From positions 1 to 61,994 of the forward strand of contig CALLMJ010000090.1 of NCBI GenBank assembly GCA_938006875.1: a stretch of DNA of 61,994 bases, written 5' to 3'. Position numbers and translations under genes: made by a program. Positions 57,755 to 61,994 of this stretch are shown here, piece after piece (the first letter of the stretch is position 1; every line of letters starts with the position of its first letter). This DNA comes from an uncultured Bacteroidia bacterium. Lineage in GTDB: Bacteria > Bacteroidota > Bacteroidia > J057 > CALLMJ01. The notes under the pieces are model-generated. The model had not been told where the DNA came from, searched no databases, and worked only from the letters and a program-made list of their open reading frames with translations.

Positions 57755-58993
57755 ATGCTTTGGCATCCTTTTAATCAATATCAATTAAATTCAGAATTTC
57801 CTAAAATTTCTTATGGGAAAGGTGTCTATTTGTATGATATACACCAACAACCTATTCTTGATGCAATTTCATCATGGTGGGTGAATTTACATGGCCATGC
57901 AAATCCTATTATAGCTAAAGCAATCTATGAACAAGCCCTAAAATTAGAACAAGTCATTTTTGCAAATTTTACTCATGAACCAGCAGAACAACTTGCTAAG
58001 AATTTATTACCTCTTTTACCTGGTAAAATGGATTATTTATTTTTTTCAGATAATGGTTCTACCTCAACAGAAGTAGCTATAAAAATGGCAATTCAATATT
58101 TTCATAATCAAGGTATTAAAAAAAATAAAATTATTGCTTTTGAAAATGCTTATCATGGAGATACTTTTGGGGCAATGTCTGTATCGGGGAGAGGGATTTT
58201 TAATATTCCTTTTTTTGATATGCTTTTTGAAGTTATTTTTATTCCTATTCCAACTCTTGAAAACATAGACGAAATTTTAGAAACCTGTAACCAAATATGT
58301 AAAAAACAAGAAGTTGCTGCTATCATTTTAGAACCTTTGGTACAAGGAGCTGGTGGCATGAAAATGTATGAAGCAAGATACCTAGATGAAATTTTAGCAC
58401 TCATCAAAAAAAATGACATTCTTTTTATTGCTGATGAAGTAATGACAGGTTTTGGAAGAACGGGTACTCTGTTTGCATCTAATCAATTGCAACAAAAACC
58501 CGATATTATTTGCCTTTCCAAAGGAATTACAGGAGGGTTTCTTCCTCTCGGTGTAACTGCCTGTAAATCTTATATTTTTGATGCTTTTAAAAGTTCTGAA
58601 TTTACAAAAACTTTTTTTCATGGTCATTCTTATACTGCCAATCCATTAGCTTGTGCTGCGGCTAATGCTTCCTTAATTTTAACTACTTCTTTAGAAACTC
58701 AACAAGCATGGGAAAAAATTGAAAATCAACATATTGAATTTTCTTCTATGGCTCAAAATCACCCTAAATTAAAGAATATAAGGCATTTAGGCACAATTTG
58801 GGCCGCTGAAATTGAAGATTCAAATAGCCATTATGAAAATCCTATGAGCTATATTTGGGCAAAAAAAGCTATTCAAAAAGGTGTTTTATTGAGACCTCTT
58901 GGCAATACTCTTTATATATTACCTCCATATTGTATAAACAAAGATGAACTTAACAAAGTTTATGAAGTAATTCTAGAAATTTTAGAAGATTAG
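57755..58993 (+). CDS. bioA: adenosylmethionine-8-amino-7-oxononanoate aminotransferase
   Basis: 412-aa class-III aminotransferase. WHPF.Q, SWWVNLHGH, DEV.TGFGRTG, LSKG.TGG (PLP lysine). Confidence 0.9.
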   Translation: MLWHPFNQYQLNSEFPKISYGKGVYLYDIHQQPILDAISSWWVNLHGHANPIIAKAIYEQALKLEQVIFANFTHEPAEQLAKNLLPLLPGKMDYLFFSDNGSTSTEVAIKMAIQYFHNQGIKKNKIIAFENAYHGDTFGAMSVSGRGIFNIPFFDMLFEVIFIPIPTLENIDEILETCNQICKKQEVAAIILEPLVQGAGGMKMYEARYLDEILALIKKNDILFIADEVMTGFGRTGTLFASNQLQQKPDIICLSKGITGGFLPLGVTACKSYIFDAFKSSEFTKTFFHGHSYTANPLACAAANASLILTTSLETQQAWEKIENQHIEFSSMAQNHPKLKNIRHLGTIWAAEIEDSNSHYENPMSYIWAKKAIQKGVLLRPLGNTLYILPPYCINKDELNKVYEVILEILED

Positions 58994-59090
58994 AAAAATG
59001 AATTTATCAAAATTGGAATGAATTTTTCAAGGTTAATGTTTACACGAAAATGATTTTTCTTATTAAATTGCATAAAATTTCTATTGAATA

Positions 59091-59975
59091 ATGAGAAAAC
59101 AACTCATTCAGCTTATAAAAGGGAATTATGATAATAAACAAGCCGCTGTTATTCAAATTATTATGATTAACATTATCTTGTTTACTATTTTTGTGTTAAC
59201 CACATTTTTCTTTTTTCTCTTTAATGAACTTTCTACGGTTGAAAATTTTTTTAAATATTTTTATCTTCCATCTAGCTTTACTGAATTTTTGTATCAGCCT
59301 TGGTCTATTCTAAGTTTTCAATTTTTACATTCCTTAAAAAATCCATTTCATATCCTTTTTAATCTATTATGGCTTTATTGGTTTGGTAGAACATTTAATT
59401 TTTATTTTGGTAATCAAAGGGTTTGGTTTTTATACTTAGTAGGTGGAGTTTTTGGAGGTATTTTGTTTATGTTATCTTACAATATATTTCCAGTTTTTAA
59501 AGGTTACCATACCTATTTAATTGGAGCTTCTGCTGGAGTAACAGCAATTGTAATAGCATTAGCTACTTATATGCCTAATTTTGAAGTATTCACTATTTTA
59601 GGACCCATCAAATTGAAATGGATTGCGTTCATTACTTTAATTATGGATTTTGCAATGGCTCCAAGTGGTTTAAATTCTGGTGGACATATTTCGCATCTTG
59701 GTGGTGCATTTATGGGTTTTTTATATATGTACTATTACCAAAAAGATAAAGATTTTGCTGTATTTTGGGTTAATTTATTTAAAAAAAAATCCTATAAGCC
59801 CAACATGAAAATTATTAATTGGGATGACGCTCAAAAAAAATCAGTAAACAACAAAAAGTCCGATAAACCCTCTCAACAAGAAATTGATAGAATACTAGAT
59901 AAAATCGCTGCTCAAGGCTATGATAAACTCACCAAAGAAGAAAAACAAACCCTCTACAACGCCGCAAAAGACTGA
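59091..59975 (+). CDS. rhomboid-family intramembrane serine protease
   Basis: 294 aa. GASAGV (catalytic Ser), HLGGA (catalytic His), and a C-terminal QQEIDRILDKI...GYD.LTKEEK tail. Confidence 0.85.
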   Translation: MRKQLIQLIKGNYDNKQAAVIQIIMINIILFTIFVLTTFFFFLFNELSTVENFFKYFYLPSSFTEFLYQPWSILSFQFLHSLKNPFHILFNLLWLYWFGRTFNFYFGNQRVWFLYLVGGVFGGILFMLSYNIFPVFKGYHTYLIGASAGVTAIVIALATYMPNFEVFTILGPIKLKWIAFITLIMDFAMAPSGLNSGGHISHLGGAFMGFLYMYYYQKDKDFAVFWVNLFKKKSYKPNMKIINWDDAQKKSVNNKKSDKPSQQEIDRILDKIAAQGYDKLTKEEKQTLYNAAKD

Positions 59976-61038
59976 AACTCGTTCTTCCCTAGGTAGAATT
60001 TTTAGGAAATCTTTGCTTATTCTAAATATTTTTACTATTCTACCTATTTTGGTTGCGAATTTAGCTTGGTTTATTCCACCCAATGATTTTTGGCTACCTT
60101 CGTTTTTATCTTTAATGACACCTTGGTTATTTATACCTCCTATCTTTTGGATGTTTTTTTGGTCATTTTCTTTTTTTCCTTATGCAATTCTCAATCTTGG
60201 AGTTTTACTCATAAATTTTCAATTCTTTTTTAATACTTTTCAGTTCCATTTAAGTAGTAAACCCTCTAAAAATGCAATTTCTATTGTAAGTTTTAATGCT
60301 GCTGCATTTTATTATCAACCTACTAAAATTGAAGAAGTAGCTCAAGAAATCAAAAAATTTGAACCCGATATACTTTGTATTCAAGAATTTTTAAACTATA
60401 AACCTAAAGAGTATGATGATGCTATTGAATGCTTCAAAGAAAAACTCAATCTTACACACCATGCTTATATTGAACTACTTCCCAAAACTAAATTTGGTAT
60501 GGTGATTTTTTCTAAATATCCTATCAAAAAATTTAGTCAAGTATCAGAACCGAACCAAAAAAATGGAATTATGTATGCTGATATAGAAACTTATGGAAAA
60601 ACAGTAAGGGTTTATAATATGCATCTACAATCCTATAATATTGATGATAGTACCAAAAATGAAATACAAAATTTTGCTGATGCTTGGGCTATAGCTAAAA
60701 AATTAAGAAGCACTTGGGTTCAGCAGGATTTACAACTTCAGCGTTTTGATTTATCATTAAAAGAAAATAAAAAACCCATTATTGTTTGTGCAGATTTAAA
60801 TAATCCTCCTTACAATACTTTTTATAAAAGAGCAAAAAAAGATTTTCAAGATAGCTTTTTAGCTGCGGGTTGGGGTATGGGACATACTCACGGAAAAGGT
60901 TTTTTCTCCTTCAGGATTGATTATCTTTTTGCTTCCTATCACTTTAATATTGAAAGACATTCCATCTTTTATTCCAAACATTCTGACCATAATTTGCTCC
61001 ATACATACGTCAGTTTTGATGAAACTATTAAAGATTAA
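59920..61038 (+). CDS. membrane-anchored endonuclease/exonuclease/phosphatase (EEP) family protein
   Basis: 372 aa. N-terminal TM helices, then an EEP pattern (SFN...., CIQE, N.HL.S, DLN, SDH). The ATG at 59920 overlaps the rhomboid gene by 56 nt, so the true start is uncertain. Confidence 0.78.
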   Translation: MINSPKKKNKPSTTPQKTETRSSLGRIFRKSLLILNIFTILPILVANLAWFIPPNDFWLPSFLSLMTPWLFIPPIFWMFFWSFSFFPYAILNLGVLLINFQFFFNTFQFHLSSKPSKNAISIVSFNAAAFYYQPTKIEEVAQEIKKFEPDILCIQEFLNYKPKEYDDAIECFKEKLNLTHHAYIELLPKTKFGMVIFSKYPIKKFSQVSEPNQKNGIMYADIETYGKTVRVYNMHLQSYNIDDSTKNEIQNFADAWAIAKKLRSTWVQQDLQLQRFDLSLKENKKPIIVCADLNNPPYNTFYKRAKKDFQDSFLAAGWGMGHTHGKGFFSFRIDYLFASYHFNIERHSIFYSKHSDHNLLHTYVSFDETIKD

Positions 61039-61074
61039 TGTTATAATTCCATTGAAAGTATCCATAATATAAAA

Positions 61075-61109
61075 AGCCCTTATTTACTTAAATTTCGAAA
61101 ATAAGGGCT
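61075..61109 (-). terminator. intrinsic terminator of the S46 peptidase gene (hairpin shared with the convergent EEP gene)
   Basis: AGCCCTTATTT-13 nt-AAATAAGGGCT. On the minus strand it is followed by TTTTTATATT. Confidence 0.55.
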
Positions 61110-61135
61110 AAGCTAATCTAAATAGATAGAAGTTG

Positions 61136-61994
61136 TTATTCTATAATTTTCATTTCTTGAATCAAATGGTTAGCACCAGCAAACTTTTCAATAATGAACA
61201 ATACATAACCTATGTTATTGCTAATACAACGTTTATATTGTTTATCAAAAACCAAATCTCCGGTCATGGCTTCCCAATTGCCGTCATAAGCCAAACCTAT
61301 GACTTGTCCTTCACCATTAATTACAGAAGACCCTGAATTTCCACCAGTAATATCGTTATCGCTAATAAAGGAAACCATTAATTCTCCATTTTTTCCATAT
61401 CTTCCAAAATCTTTCTTTTTGATTAAATCAATAAGTTTTTGTGGTACATCAAATTCTTCATCTCCAGGTTTATATTTTTCTAAGATGCCTTTCGTAGTAG
61501 TGTAGTAATAATATTTTACACCATCATAAGGTTCATAATCAATAACTTTTCCGTAGGTGATACGTGGAGTCATATTCGCATCAGGGTAAAAAAGTTTATT
61601 AGGAGACATTTTTCTTAAACCCTCTATATACTTACCACGATTCGTTGATACCGTAGAATTATAAGTTACCGCTTTACTCATTAAATTTTGTTGGTAATGT
61701 TCAAAAAATTTAACAACCAAATTAGCAATAGGATCTTTTTCAATATCTTCTATTGTTGGATTTTGTATGAAATTACTTAATTTTTCTGATTCTGCTAAAA
61801 AAGACTCTTGAAAAGCAAACATAGAGAAACCTGTAAAACTATCTAATTCTCGAGGTATACCAGATTCTAAATCTCCTGAAAAGTTACCATCAATGATAGA
61901 TTGAAGGATAGAAGGATGTAAATTTTTATCCACATTTTGGTAAAAAAGCCATAACATTTCTGTTAATATTTTTTTATCAGTTTCAGCATCATAA
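61136..61994 (-). CDS. S46-family dipeptidyl-peptidase, C-terminal part (gene continues past the right edge)
   Basis: GGNSGSSVINGEGQVIGLAYDGNWE contains the catalytic Ser motif. The frame upstream of the track's Met at 61957, hand-translated as YDAETDKKILTE, stays open to 61994. Confidence 0.85.
   Translation of the reverse strand, partial: YDAETDKKILTEMLWLFYQNVDKNLHPSILQSIIDGNFSGDLESGIPRELDSFTGFSMFAFQESFLAESEKLSNFIQNPTIEDIEKDPIANLVVKFFEHYQQNLMSKAVTYNSTVSTNRGKYIEGLRKMSPNKLFYPDANMTPRITYGKVIDYEPYDGVKYYYYTTTKGILEKYKPGDEEFDVPQKLIDLIKKKDFGRYGKNGELMVSFISDNDITGGNSGSSVINGEGQVIGLAYDGNWEAMTGDLVFDKQYKRCISNNIGYVLFIIEKFAGANHLIQEMKIIE

Noticed and set aside
59920-59975. The 56-nt overlap of the rhomboid and EEP genes as a possible frameshift or fusion.
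   Set aside because: Both proteins look complete. The rhomboid has its typical C-terminal tail, and the EEP has its own TM N-terminus. The overlap is more simply explained by an uncertain EEP start.

Overview
This is an AT-rich window (roughly one-third GC by eye) that looks like a Bacteroidota chromosome. Three lines of evidence support that assignment. Several large secreted proteins end in T9SS C-terminal sorting domains of both types. Almost every transcription unit is preceded by the Bacteroidetes sigma-A -7 box TAnnTTTG. No Shine-Dalgarno sequences are evident. I support about 53 CDS. Most are housekeeping genes: glpK, tpiA, plsY, surE, nadK, lysA, rpsP, rimM, smpB, lptB, ruvB, bioA, exbBD, pit, and monofunctional proline dehydrogenase and P5C dehydrogenase. 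There are also signalling genes: a sigma-54 activator, a TPR histidine kinase and two PP2C/SpoIIE phosphatases. I found no rRNA, tRNA, CRISPR array, transposase or integrase. Seven ORF-track entries start at TTG or GTG codons, and I trimmed them to internal ATGs that sit behind a -7 box or a better signal peptide. Two things stand out. (1) A minus-strand operon runs from its own promoter with tight gene junctions. It encodes an unrecognisable 241-aa protein, a minimal ATP-dependent DNA ligase with a roughly 115-aa C-terminal extension, and RuvB (49808-52972). This is my best candidate for an undescribed DNA-repair or end-processing module. (2) Five GC-rich, hairpin-forming mosaic intergenic repeat loci occur in 62 kb with no transposase present. 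One pair is mutually inverted yet keeps its hairpin loop in the same strand orientation, and one copy ends in 3 x 29-bp tandem modules. All functional calls rest on motif recognition by eye. No database search was run.
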